Source of the DNA: Octopus sinensis
Lineage: Eukaryota
NCBI RefSeq assembly: GCF_006345805.1
Contig: NW_021835984.1
Span: 1 to 64,000 of the forward strand
Reading direction: 5' to 3'
Length of the DNA: 64,000 bases
Shown: positions 12,397-25,254 of the stretch, one piece after another
How positions within the stretch are numbered: position 1 is the first letter of the stretch
How the letters are laid out: the number at the start of each line of letters is the position of its first letter
Program-made: the position numbers and the translations under genes
The notes under the pieces: generated by a model
The model's input: the letters and a program-made list of their open reading frames with translations, nothing else
Told to the model about the DNA's origin: nothing
Databases searched by the model: none

Positions 12397-12667
12397 CAAC
12401 AACAGCAGTAACAAATTCAATGAGTCATCGAACGAGTCACTATGTGATAACTCGACTTGCTAGAAGTAGCAGCCAAAACTGTCCTTTAAATTACACCCTA
12501 CTTTAAAGGACAGTGGCTTCGAAACTCTCTTTGCAACCAAATGGTTTCGGGTTCAGTCCCGTTTCGTGGCACTTTTGGGAAAGTGCCTTTTATTATATAG
12601 CTCCAAGGGTGCCCAGATAATGTGAGTACGTATGCGTATGTGTGTGAGTAAATGTGTGTGTGAGAGA

Positions 12668-12704
<37 letters not shown>

Positions 12705-14847
12705 TGTATGTGTGTGTGTTTGTGTTTGTCCCCCAGAACCGCTTAACGAACGGTGTTAGTTTGTTTACGTCCAGCAACTTAGCGTTTCGGCAAAATAGAC
12801 CGATAGAATAAGTATCAAACTTACAATAAGTGCTGGAGTTAAATTGTTCGACAAAAATCCCTTGAAAGCGATGCCCCAGCATAGCCGCAATCCGATTAAG
12901 TAAAAGATTAACGACAAACTCTGCACAATAATCGAGAAACAGACTGAGATGGTCATGGTTAGAAAGTCTTTGATGTGGAGGTTGCGACATTTTAGTGAAG
13001 ACAGGCAAACTAATAGACAAACAGACAGAGGGGAGTCAGAAGACAGACAGAAGGGAGTCAGAAGACAGACAGAAGGGAGTCAGAAGACAGACAGAAGGGA
13101 GTCAGAAGACAGACAGAAGGGAGTAAGAAGACAGACAGAGGGGAGTCAGAAGACAGACAGAGGGGAGTCAGAAGACAGACACAGGGGAGTCAGAAGACAG
13201 ACAGAGGGGAGTCAAAAGACAGGGAACCAGAAGACAAACATAGGGGAGATTAACGACAAACTCTGCACAATATCGAGAAACATACTGAGATGGTCATGGT
13301 TAGAAAGTCTTTGATGTGGAGGTTGCGACATTTTAGTGAAGACAGGCAACTCTAAACAATAGACAAACAGACGAAGGAGTCAGAAGACAGACAAAGGGGT
13401 CAGAAGACAGACAGAAGGAGTCAAAAGACAGACAGAAGGGAGTAAGAAGACAGACAGAGGTGAGTCAAGAAGACGACAGAGGGGAGTCAGAAGACAGACA
13501 CAGGGGAGTCAGAAGACAGACAGAAGGGAGTCAGAAGACAGGCAAAGGGGAGTCAGAAGACAGACAGAGGGGAGTCAGAATACAGACAGAGGGGAGTAAA
13601 AAAACAGACAGAAGGGAGTAAGAAGACAGACAGAGGGGAGTCAGAAGACAGACAGAGGGGAGTCAAAAGACAGACAGAAGGGAGTCAAAAGACAGACAGA
13701 AGGGAGTCAGAAGACAGGCAAAGGGGAGTCAGAAGACAGACAGAGGGGAGTCAAAAGACAGACAGAAGGGAGTCAAAAGACAGACAGAAGGGAATAAGAA
13801 GACAGACAGAGAGGAGTCAAAAAACAGACAGAAGGGAAGAAGACGACAGAGGGGAGTCAGAAGACAGACAGAGGGGAGTCAGAAGACAGACAGAAGGAGT
13901 CAAAAGACAGACAGAAGGGAATCAAGACAGACAGAAGGGAGTCAGAAGACAGAGGGAGTCAGAAGACAGACAGAGGGGAGTCAAGACAACAGACAGAGGG
14001 GAGTCAGAAGACAGACAGAGGGGAGTCAGAAGACAGACAGAAGGGAGTTAAAAGACAGACAGAGGGGAGTCAGAAGACAGACAGAAGGGAGTCAGAAGAC
14101 AGACAGAGGGGAGTCAAAGGACAGACAGAGGGGAGTCAGAAGACAGACAGAAGGGAGTCAAAAGACAGACAGAAGGGAGTCAGAAGACAGACAGAGGGGA
14201 GTCAGAAGACAGACAGAAGGGAGTCAAAAGACAGACAGAAGGGAGTCAGAAGACAGACAGAAGGGAGTCAAAAGACAGACAGAGGGGAGTCAGAAGACAG
14301 ACAGAGGGGAGTCAAAAGACAGACAGAAGGGAGTCAGAAGACAGACAGAAGGGAGTCAAAAGACAGACAGAGGGGAGTCAGAAGACAGACAGAAGGGAGT
14401 CAAAAGACAGACAGAGGGGAGTGAGAAGACAGACAGAAGGGAGTCAGAAGACAGACAGAAGGGAGTCAGAAGACAGACAGAAGGGAGTAAGAAGACAGAC
14501 AGAAGGGAGTAAGAAGACAGATAGAGGGGAGTCAGAAGACATACAGAGGGGAGTCAGAAGACAGACAGAGGGGAGTCAGAAGACATACAGATGGAGTCAG
14601 AAGACAGATAGAGGGGAGTCAGAAGACATACAGAGGGGAGTCAAAAGACAGACAGAGGGGAGTCAGAAGACAGACAGTTCGAGATAAATGATGAAAGAGA
14701 GGGAGGGAATAATAAAAGCAGATAATTGGTGATATGTTATGGGAAAGCAATGTGAAGAGAGAAGCAAACAAGACGTGAGAAAGGATATGGATAGAGAGAG
14801 AGGGAATGTGAGAGAGAAGGAGAAAAGAGAAAGAGACAGAGAAGGAC

Positions 14848-14930
<83 letters not shown>

Positions 14931-15222
14931 CAGACAAACAGACAGACAAACAGATTGACAGACTGATTTTTTATTCATCGATTTATTGATTCCTTGACAA
15001 ATGAGAAAGAAAGAAAGAAAGAAAGAAGAAAGAAAAAGAAAGAAAGAAAGAAAGAAGAAGGAAAGAAAGAAAGGAAGAAAGGCTTTCACGGGCAGAATTA
15101 ATCAGAAGATAGACAAAAAAAGGCAAAAAGGAAAACAAGGAAAGAAGAAAATTGGTCAAGATTACAGGAATACAGAGAGAGAGAGGGGGAGAGAGAGAGA
15201 TAGAGAGAGAGAGAGGGAGAGG

Positions 15223-15258
<36 letters not shown>

Positions 15259-15261
15259 GTA

Positions 15262-15308
<47 letters not shown>

Positions 15309-15648
15309 TAGAAGGAAAGAGATGGGCATTGTGGCGAAAATGGAGCTTGATGGAAAGTGGTGGTGGTGGTGGTGGAGGGCCGTTAGGAATAGAGGCGAAA
15401 TAGACATAGAGGGAGTGGAGAAATAGAGGAAGAAAGGAAAGAAAAGAGAGCAATAGAGAAAAGGGAAGGAGAGAGAGAAAGCGAAAGATAAGAGAAGCGG
15501 AGGGTCAACATCCAGGTTAGCTGTTAGTCGATTCGGGGGTTCTAGGACACGTGAAATGTCAAGCGTTACCGGATGAATCTGTCTTTACATTTCTATAAAA
15601 TATGGTGGAAAGGAGGGAGAGAAAAAGAAGATAGGACTCACACACGCA

Positions 15649-15710
<62 letters not shown>

Positions 15711-16020
15711 CACACACATACACACATATTTATGCATATATGTGTGAATATACATCATCATCATCATCATCATCATCATCATGTCAATAAGGCACCGACT
15801 GGATCTATTGCGCTACTTAACAGCATGAGGAATACACACACACACACACACACGCACACACGCACGCGCGCGCATAGCTAGTGCCCGTCCTTACAGCGCA
15901 TATGCACTTACAAACATGGCCGTATACGGGTGACAGTATTTAGAAGTGTGAGCGTGTGTGTATAGGCTTGTGTGAGAAACAGTGTGTTTGTATATACGCG
16001 TGCGCACACCACACACACAC
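11950..16020. repeat. Tandem segmental duplication, unit 1 (~4.07 kb)
   Basis: Unique anchors recur at +4066 (CTCAGATAAATAC at 11981 and 16047). The unit includes a degenerate SINE A (12527-12905), the 22-bp minisatellite, and (GATA)n, (GAAA)n, (GA)n and (CAT)n tracts. Confidence 0.9.
13020..14680. repeat. 22-bp minisatellite GGGAGTCAGAAGACAGACAGA(A/G)
   Basis: Dozens of head-to-tail 22-mers without spacers. Confidence 0.95.
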
Positions 16021-16077
16021 ACACACACCACATACACACACACACACTCAGATAAATACATATAAATCTATACGTAT

Positions 16078-16118
<41 letters not shown>

Positions 16119-16743
16119 TGTCTGTGTATGTATGCTGCTATGTTAGCATGCATACTTCCATGCATGTATACCTCTGTGCGTATATGTATACGTGTGTGTT
16201 AGTATGTATGTATATATGTATAAGTATATGTGTGTGTGTAAGTGTGTGTGTAGACTAATAAAAAGCCGTTATTTTATTGACCTTTGACATTGTTCCCCAC
16301 CCGCACACCTCGTCGTCATCACATCATCACCATTGCTGTCATCACCTATAACATTGTCATCGTTCAAATTACAGAAAATTGCTTTCCTCTTCTCTATGAC
16401 TTCCCCTCCTTCTCTATGACTTCCCCTCCATCACCACCACCCCACCAACAACAACAACAACAACAACAACCACAACAAAAGCAGTAACAAATTCAATGAG
16501 TCATCGAACGAGTCACTATGTGATAACTCGACTTGCTAGAAGTAGCAGCCAAAACTGTCCTTTAAATTACACCCTACTTTAAAGGACAGTGGCTTCGAAC
16601 TCTCTTTGCCACCAAATGGTTTCGGGTTCAGTCCCGTTTCGTGGCACTTTTGGGAAAGTGCCTTTTATTATATAGCTCCAAGGGTGCCCAGATAATGTGA
16701 GTACGTATGCGGTATGTGTGTGAGTAAATGTGTGTGTGAGAGA

Positions 16744-16780
<37 letters not shown>

Positions 16781-19315
16781 TGTATGTGTGTGTGTTGTGT
16801 TTGTCCCCCAGAACCGCTTAACGAACGGTGTTAGTTTTTTACGTCCAGCAACTTAGCGTTCGGCAAAATAGACCGATAGAATAAGTATCAAACTTACAAT
16901 AAGTGCTGGAGTTAAATTGTTCGACAAAAATCCCTTGAAAGCGATGCCCCAGCATAGCCGCAATCCGATTAAGTAAAAGATTAACGACAAACTCTGCACA
17001 ATAATCGAGAAACAGACTGAGATGGTCATGGTTAGAAAGTCTTTGATGTGGAGGTTGCGACATTTTAGTGAGAAGGCAAAAAAACTAATAGACAAACAGA
17101 CAGAGGGGAGTCAGAAGACAGACAGAAGGGAGTCAGAAGACAGACAGAAGGGAGTCAGAAGACAGACAGAAGGGAGTCAGAAGACAGACAGAAGGGAGTA
17201 AGAAGACAGACAGAGGGGAGTCAGAAGACAGACAGAGGGGAGTCAGAAGACAGACACAGGGGAGTCAGAAGACAGACAGAGGGGAGTCAGAAGACAGACA
17301 GAAGGGAGTCAGAAGACAGACAGAGGGGAGTCAAAAGACAGGGGAACCAGAAGACAAACAGAGGGGAGATTAACGACAAACTCTGCACAATAATCGAGAA
17401 ACAGACTGAGATGGTCATGGTTAGAAAGTCTTTGATGTGGAGGTTGCGACATTTTAGTGAAGACAGGCAAACTAATAGACAAACAGACAGAAGGGAGTCA
17501 GAAGACAGACAGAAGGGAGTCAGAAGACAGACAGAAGGGAGTCAGAAGACAGACAGAAGGGAGTAAGAAGACAGACAGAGGGGAGTCAGAAGACAGACAG
17601 AGGGGAGTCAGAAGACAGACACAGGGGAGTCAGAAGACAGACAGAAGGGAGTCAGAAGACAGACAGAGGGGAGTCAAAAGACAGGGGAACCAGAAGACAA
17701 ACAGAGGGGAGATTAACGACAAACTCTGCACAATAATCGAGAAACAGACTGAGATGGTCATGGTTAGAAAGTCTTTGATGTGGAGGTTGCGACATTTTAG
17801 TGAAGACAGGCAAACTAATAGACAAACAGACAGAAGGGAGTCAGAAGACAGACAGAAGGGAGTCAGAAGACAGACAGAAGGGAGTCAGAAGACAGACAGA
17901 AGGGAGTAAGAAGACAGACAGAGGGGAGTCAGAAGACAGACAGAGGGGAGTCAGAAGACAGACACAGGGGAGTCAGAAGACAGACAGAAGGGAGTCAGAA
18001 GACAGGCAAAGGGGAGTCAGAAGACAGACAGAGGGGAGTCAGAAGACAGACAGAGGGGAGTAAAAAAACAGACAGAAGGGAGTAAGAAGACAGACAGAGG
18101 GGAGTCAGAAGACAGACAGAGGGGAGTCAAAAGACAGACAGAAGGGAGTCAAAAGACAGACAGAAGGGAGTCAGAAGACAGGCAAAGGGGAGTCAGAAGA
18201 CAGACAGAGGGGAGTCAAAAGACAGACAGAAGGGAGTCAAAAGACAGACAGAAGGGAATAAGAAGACAGACAGAGAGGAGTCAAAAAACAGACAGAAGGG
18301 AGTAAGAAGACAGACAGAGGGGAGTCAGAAGACAGACAGAGGGGAGTCAGAAGACAGACAGAAGGGAGTCAAAAGACAGACAGAAGGGAATCAGAAGACA
18401 GACAGAAGGGAGTCAGAAGACAGAGGGGAGTCAGAAGACAGACAGAGGGGAGTCAGAAGACAGACAGAGGGGAGTCAGAAGACAGACAGAGGGGAGTCAG
18501 AAGACAGACAGAAGGGAGTTAAAAGACAGACAGAGGGGAGTCAGAAGACAGACAGAAGGGAGTCAGAAGACAGACAGAGGGGAGTCAAAGGACAGACAGA
18601 GGGGAGTCAGAAGACAGACAGAAGGGAGTCAAAAGACAGACAGAAGGGAGTCAGAAGACAGACAGAGGGGAGTCAGAAGACAGACAGAAGGGAGTCAAAA
18701 GACAGACAGAAGGGAGTCAGAAGACAGACAGAAGGGAGTCAAAAGACAGACAGAGGGGAGTCAGAAGACAGACAGAGGGGAGTCAAAAGACAGACAGAAG
18801 GGAGTCAGAAGACAGACAGAAGGGAGTCAAAAGACAGACAGAGGGGAGTCAGAAGACAGACAGAGGGGAGTCAAAAGACAGACAGAGGGGAGTGAGAAGA
18901 CAGACAGAAGGGAGTCAGAAGACAGACAGAAGGGAGTCAGAAGACAGACAGAAGGGAGTAAGAAGACAGACAGAAGGGAGTAAGAAGACAGATAGGGGGA
19001 GTCAGAAGACATACAGAGGGGAGTCAGAAGACAGACAGAGGGGAGTCAGAAGACATACAGATGGAGTCAGAAGACAGATAGAGGGGAGTCAGAAGACATA
19101 CAGAGGGGAGTCAAAAGACAGACAGAGGGGAGTCAGAAGACAGACAGTTCGAGATAAATGATGAAAGAGAGGGAGGGAATAATAAAAGCAGATAATTGGT
19201 GATATGTTATGGGAAAGCAATGTGAGAGAGAAGCAAACAAGACGTGAGAAAGGATATGGATAGAGAGAGAGGGAATGTGAGAGAGAAGAGAAAAGAGAAA
19301 GAGACAGAGAAGGAC

Positions 19316-19394
<79 letters not shown>

Positions 19395-19482
19395 AGACAG
19401 ACAAACAGACAGACAACAGATTGACAGACTGATTTTTTATTCATCGATTATTGATTCCTTGACAAATGAGAAAGAAAGAAAG

Positions 19483-19517
<35 letters not shown>

Positions 19518-19653
19518 AGAAGGAAAGAAGAAAGAAAGGAAGAGAAGGGGCTCACGGGCAGAATAATCAGAAGATAGACAAAAAAAAGGCCAAAAAGGAA
19601 AACAAGGGAAGAAGAAAATTGGTCAAGATTACAGGAATACAGAGAGAGAGAGG

Positions 19654-19697
<44 letters not shown>

Positions 19698-19731
19698 GAG
19701 AGACAGACAGACGACAGACAGACAGACAGTA

Positions 19732-19766
<35 letters not shown>

Positions 19767-20118
19767 GACAGACAGATAGAAGAAAGAGATGGGCATTGTG
19801 GCGAAAATGGAGCTTGATGGAAAGTGGTGGTGGTGGTGGTGGAGGGCCGTTAGGAATAGAGGCGAAATAGACATAGAGGGAGTGGAGAAATAGAGGAAGA
19901 AAGGAAAGAAAAGAGAGCAATAGAGAAAAGGGAAGGAGAGAGAGGAAAGCGAAAGATTAAGAGAAGCGGAGGGTCAACATCCAGGTTAGTTGTTAGTCGA
20001 TTCGGGGGTTCTAGGACACGTGAAATGTCAAGCGTTACCGGATGAATCTGTCTTTACATTTCTATAAAATATGGTGGAAAGGAGGGAGAGAAAAAGAAGA
20101 TAGGACTCACACACGCAT

Positions 20119-20179
<61 letters not shown>

Positions 20180-20510
20180 CACACACATACACACATATTT
20201 ATGCATATATGTGTGAATATACATCATCATCATCATCATCATCATCATCATGTCAATAAGGCACCGACTGGATCTATTGCGCTACTTAACAGCATGAGGA
20301 ATACACACACACACACACACGCACACACGCACGCGCGCGCATAGCTAGTGCCCGTCCTTACAGCGCATATGCACTTACAAACATGGCCGTATACGGGTGA
20401 CAGTATTTAGAAGTGTGAGCGTGTGTGTATAGGCTTGTGTGAGAAACAGTGTGTTTGTATATACGCGTGCGCACACACACACACACACACACCACACACA
20501 CATACACACA
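16021..20510. repeat. Tandem segmental duplication, unit 2 (~4.5 kb)
   Basis: Colinear near-identical copy of 11950-16020 with one extra ~343-bp higher-order repeat. Confidence 0.9.
17095..19148. repeat. 22-bp minisatellite (second copy), interrupted by ~115-bp leader repeats
   Basis: Same 22-mer; leader ATTAACGACAAACTCTGCAC... at 16980, 17369 and 17712. Confidence 0.95.
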
Positions 20511-20615
20511 CACAGATATATACAGAAGCCTAAGAGCAATCAGTTCACGTCGTGAGGGTTAAATTTTTGGATTAACTGTTTGGGATTGAAAACAACATAC
20601 TTAAAAATTTCACGT

Positions 20616-21045
20616 TGCTTCCCAGCCATTTGGTTCCGGGTTCAGTCCCACTGCGTGACACCTTGGGCAAGTATCTTCTACTATAGCCTCGGGCCGAACA
20701 AAGCTTTGTGAGTGAATTTCGTAGACGGAAACTGAAAGAAGCCCGTCGTATATATATGTGTGTGTATATGTAGTATGTATGTATGTATGTATGTATGTAT
20801 GTATGCATGCATGTATATATGTATGTATATATTTGTGTGTCTGTGTTTGCCACCCTGCCAAACATCGCTTGACAACCGATGCTGGTGTGTTTACGACCCC
20901 GTAACTTAGCGGTTCAGCAAAAGAGGCCTATAGAAATAGAATAAGTACCATGCTTACACAGAATAAGTCCTGAGGTCGATTAGCTCGACAAAAGGCGGTG
21001 CTCCAGCATGGCCGCAGTCAAATGACTGAAACAAAAGAATAAAAG

Positions 21046-21048
<3 letters not shown>
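20616..21048 (+). mobile_element. SINE family A, 5'-truncated
   Basis: B-box, core, microsatellite and tail are present; the head is missing. Confidence 0.85.
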
Positions 21049-21084
<36 letters not shown>

Positions 21085-21252
21085 TACATATATACATACA
21101 TATATACATACATATATATATATGTGTGTGTGTATATATATACATATGTACATACATATATATATACATATATATATATATATAATATATATATTATATT
21201 ATACATACATACATACATACATACATACATACATACATACATACATACATAC

Positions 21253-21429
21253 ATGGTGGCTGTCCCCCCGTTATCGAAGCTTAATCAATGTTGTTATCGT
21301 GCAAAGGCTGTGCACTGAGTCAATCCTACTCACTAAGCAACAGCAGCCATAATCCGAAAAGAAGAACAAGTCAACATCATCGGTAACCACTGAGCCGCAG
21401 GTTTTATGTCGGAGTTATCCCAGTTACAT
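21253..21429 (-). mobile_element. Short copy of RTE-like non-autonomous element with (ATGT)n tail
   Basis: Matches 41422-41650 with two internal deletions; abuts a (TACA)n tract at the same junction (CAT|GGTGGCTG). Confidence 0.65.
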
Positions 21430-21510
21430 TGGGCAAGTAACTTCTACGATAGCTTCGGGTCTTGTGAGTGAATTTGGTAGACGGAAACTGAAAGAAGTCC
21501 GTTGTGTGTA

Positions 21511-21552
<42 letters not shown>

Positions 21553-22728
21553 TGTATTTGTGAGTGTGTCTGTGTTTGGGCCCCGCCCCACCGGCCATTG
21601 CTTGACAACCGATGCTGGTGGTTTAAATTACGGTAGAAGTGGCCAATAGAATAGATACCAGGCATTCAAATAATAAGTCCTGGGATCGATTTCTTCCACT
21701 AAAACCCTTTAAGGCGGTGCTCCTGCATGGCCGCAGTCAAATGACTAAAACAAGTGAAAGAATACCGAAATATACATATATGATGGACTCTCCCTTCGAA
21801 GACAACGTATGAGCGCACAGCTTTTGTCGAACGTCCTGCATAAATGATTGTGATCAAATATTTGTGCTGCACATCAGGTCACTGCATCCATCAAATGGAC
21901 GTTGTCCGAACAGGCACACACAGGTTGCTACACATCAGATGTCGAAGTGATTGCAGAGCAACGAGAGATGAAGTGTTTTACTCCAGAATACAACGCACCA
22001 CCCAGTCTCCACCTTAGCACTAGGCCATGCGCCCAACCACATGGTTTCGGGTTCAGTCACAGACGTGGCTGTGTGGTAAGAAGCTTGCTTCCCAACCAGA
22101 TGGTCCCGGGTTCAGTTACACTGCGTGGTACCCTGGGCAAGTGTTTTCTACTATAACCTTGGGCCGATCAAAGCCTTGTGAGTGGATTTGGTAAACGGAA
22201 ACTGAAAGAAGCCCGTCGTATATATATGTGTGTATTTATCTGTACGTATGTTTGTGTCTGTTTGTCCCCACTCCACCAACGCTTGACAACCGATTTTATT
22301 TCTACCTCCATTCTCTTATTTCCCTCTAAATTCATTATCTCCTCCCTTTCCATAATAATTCCTTATTTGAACTCAAATATTTACCCCTATTAACCATCTC
22401 GCATCGTCTCTGATGAAGGGATATCCATAATATCCCATAAACAGCTGTACGACCATAACTATACCTTTTGCGTTCTTGAGCAAAACACTTCATTTCGCAT
22501 TGCTCCAGTCCAGGATGACCACCCCTGAGACGGACTGGCGTCCGATTCAGTGGGATGAGAGTAACTGTGGTACCTTATATGCCCTTATGAGTACTGCCAC
22601 TCAAAACAGTACTTGCCTTCTTTACGTGTAGCTGTAGATAGTTCATTTGTGCATTTGTCCCCTCAAGCCCTAATCTCCTTTAATATACGTTTGTGATTTG
22701 TCTATCGCTGAACCTTTTTAATTATTAC

Positions 22729-23147
22729 TCTTTTTACTCTTTTACTTGTTTCAGTCATCTGACTGCGGCCATGCTGGAGCACCGCCTTTAATCGAGCAAC
22801 TCGACCCTGGGACTTATTCTCTTGTAAGCCCAGTACTTATTCTATCGGTCTCTTTTGCCGAACCGCTAAGTAACGGAGACATAAACACACCAGCATCGGT
22901 TGTCAAGCAATGCTAGGGGACAAACACAGACACACAAACACACACACACACGCATATATATATATATATATATATATACATACATATATACGACGGGCTT
23001 CTTTCAGTTTCCGTCTACCAAATCCACTCACAAGGCATTGGTCGGCCCGGGGCTATAGCAGAAGACACTTGCCCAAGATGCCACGCAGTGGGACTGAACC
23101 CGGAACCATGTGGTTGGTTAGCAAGCTACTTACCACACAGCCACTCC
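22729..23147 (-). mobile_element. SINE family A flanked by ~100-bp direct duplication
   Basis: Near-full copy; flank 22627-22728 is repeated at 23148-23239. Confidence 0.88.
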
Positions 23148-23239
23148 TGTAGCTGTAGATAGTTCATTTGTGCATTTGTCCCCTCAAGCCTTTAATATAC
23201 GTTTGTGATTTGTCTATCGCTGAACCTTTTTAATTATTA

Positions 23240-23715
23240 GTTTTTTTTACTTTTTACTTTTTTTTTTAACTTTTTTTTTGCAATTGTTTTATTGAAAGAA
23301 TGAGTCAAAATCGTGTGGTGGTGTTGTGTTTTTTTGCCTTTAACTATTTTTCTCTCCACTCTGCGTGCTTTTGGTGAGTGATTTCCGTGAAATATCTGAT
23401 ATAGGCGTTCACTTGGTGTTGGAGCGTGCGTAGGGTATTTTAGGTTATTATCGTCACGTGGTGTGGAGTGTAGATGTTGCTCTTGTTGAAGTTGCTAATG
23501 TTACTAATTACCCCTTATGCTGTTTTACTGTATGTTTTGCAGCTTAAATTACATACAAATATTTTAAATTTTTGCACTTTTCTATAGTTTATTTTCTTTA
23601 TTTTCATATGTAGTTGTTTGATGCCCTGGGATGTTGTTGTTTTTTTTTTTTGCTATGTGGGTCGCTGGTTTTGTTTTTCACGTTGTTTTTCTTTGCTTTT
23701 AATGAGATTGGATAT
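23240..23715 (-). mobile_element. Polyadenylated retroposon 3' end (L1-like, unclassified)
   Basis: On the minus strand, AATAAA (23288-23293) is followed within ~10 nt by an A-rich tail; A-rich sense strand. Confidence 0.4.
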
Positions 23716-23790
23716 TTCTAATGTGTAGTTGGGGTTGTATCTTTCATATTACGTTGCGTTTCCCTTAATGAGGTACGTTGTTGTGGATTA

Positions 23791-24191
23791 TCTTTATATA
23801 TAAAAGAGAGGTTGTGTGCTGTCTGTCTCCTACGATTTAGATTCCTAACTACTCCCACATTTTGCGGTGCAGTTACACCAAAACCGGGTATCTTATAGTC
23901 GTGATTCATATCGAGCCCTTCTGGGTATTAGCGCGCGTCTACGATGAGTCTACGATTTAAAAAAAAAATTACCATCATTTTTTTCCATCTGAATGCATTT
24001 TTTTCGCTATTATATAAGGGAAGTAACTCTCTAAAAATGTCTACGATGAGTCAACGATTTTTTAAAAATTTACCATCATTTTTTTTCCATTTTTAATGCA
24101 TTTTTTGCTACTTTTTGGCTGTAACTCTCTAAAAAAGCTTATATAGTTTATTTCCCTTACAAACCCGAGCAACGCCGGGCGATACTGCTAG
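23791..24191 (+). mobile_element. Non-autonomous Helitron-like element, family 1
   Basis: A|TC...hairpin-CTAG|T; near-identical to 1347-1742. Confidence 0.82.
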
Positions 24192-25051
24192 TTTAGGATA
24201 TAAAAGAAATTTATGTACGATACAAATGCCTCGCTTAGTATAATTAAAATGTTTTCAAATACCACCGAGGTCGAATTTACCATTCATTCGACCGAAGACG
24301 AAAAAATATGTACAAGTTTAACCCTGGGGTCAATGTAATCGAGTAACCCCCACCCCCAAAAAAAACCCGCATCCCTCTGTAAAGCCATGTCCAACTAGTG
24401 TGGCAGATCAGGCTCATCAAACCAGTATGATCTCAAGCTCAAATTCACGGCCTCCACACCAGACTGTTGTTAGTGGTAAGAACATGAGGAGGCCTTTGTC
24501 CTGTTGCTGCAATAATAATAGGTATAAAACTGAAAGTTTATCATGGGTTCTGGATTTACAGATTCCTTATCAATGGTCCCTAGTTAGTTGTTTCCTTTCT
24601 CCTGTATTTTTCTGGTGTCCAAAGGTCAGCTAATTTCCACAACAGAACATATTCTTTTTCTTGTGCTTCCTCGCAACAATACCTGTGTTTGAATCTTTAT
24701 TTTCAGCATTCTTTTAATCCATCGGTCTCAATATAGTTAACTTTTTCTGTCTGTTTGCCTGTTCGTCTGTTTGTCTGTCTATCTGTATGTATGTATGTAT
24801 GTATGTATGTATGTATGTATGTGTGTATGTATGTATGTATGTATGTATGTATGTATGTGTGTGTGTATGTATGTATGTATGTATGTATGTATGTATGTAT
24901 GTATGTATGTATGTATGTATGTATGTATGAATGTATGTATGTATGTATGTATGTATGTATAGGGAGAGTTTACGAAAAAAACAAAAGACGAAGACAGGTG
25001 GTGTACAAAACAAACAGATGTATTAGTATAACGCTCAGGAATAGAAAAAGG

Positions 25052-25087
25052 CTTTTACGTTTCGAGCCTACGCTCTTCTACAGAAAG
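25052..25087 (-). ncRNA. Minimal type-I hammerhead-like motif (A6U core variant)
   Basis: Minus: CTTT-CTGTAGA-A-GAGC GTAG GCTC-GAAA-CG-TA-AAAG. Helices I and II pair and helix III is palindromic ACGT; core A6 is replaced by T. Confidence 0.5.
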
Positions 25088-25254
25088 GGACACAGAAAAA
25101 AACAAGGAGAGAAAAAATGTGTGTAGTGGCTAACGATCTATCATGGCGAACGTATGTATGTATGTATGTATGTATGTATGTATGTATGTATGTATGTATG
25201 TATGTACGTGTGTCTGTGTTCAACTTTCTATCTATATGTATATATGTTTGTGTG

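Noticed and set aside
13020-19148. CRISPR-like appearance of the 22-bp repeat, and its RRQTEGSQKTD ORFs
   Set aside because: Contiguous monomers without unique spacers, no cas genes, eukaryotic context; the ORFs are stop-free by composition.
24390-24720. Possible pogo/Tigger transposase remnant on the minus strand
   Set aside because: No diagnostic motif could be read; too degenerate to call.
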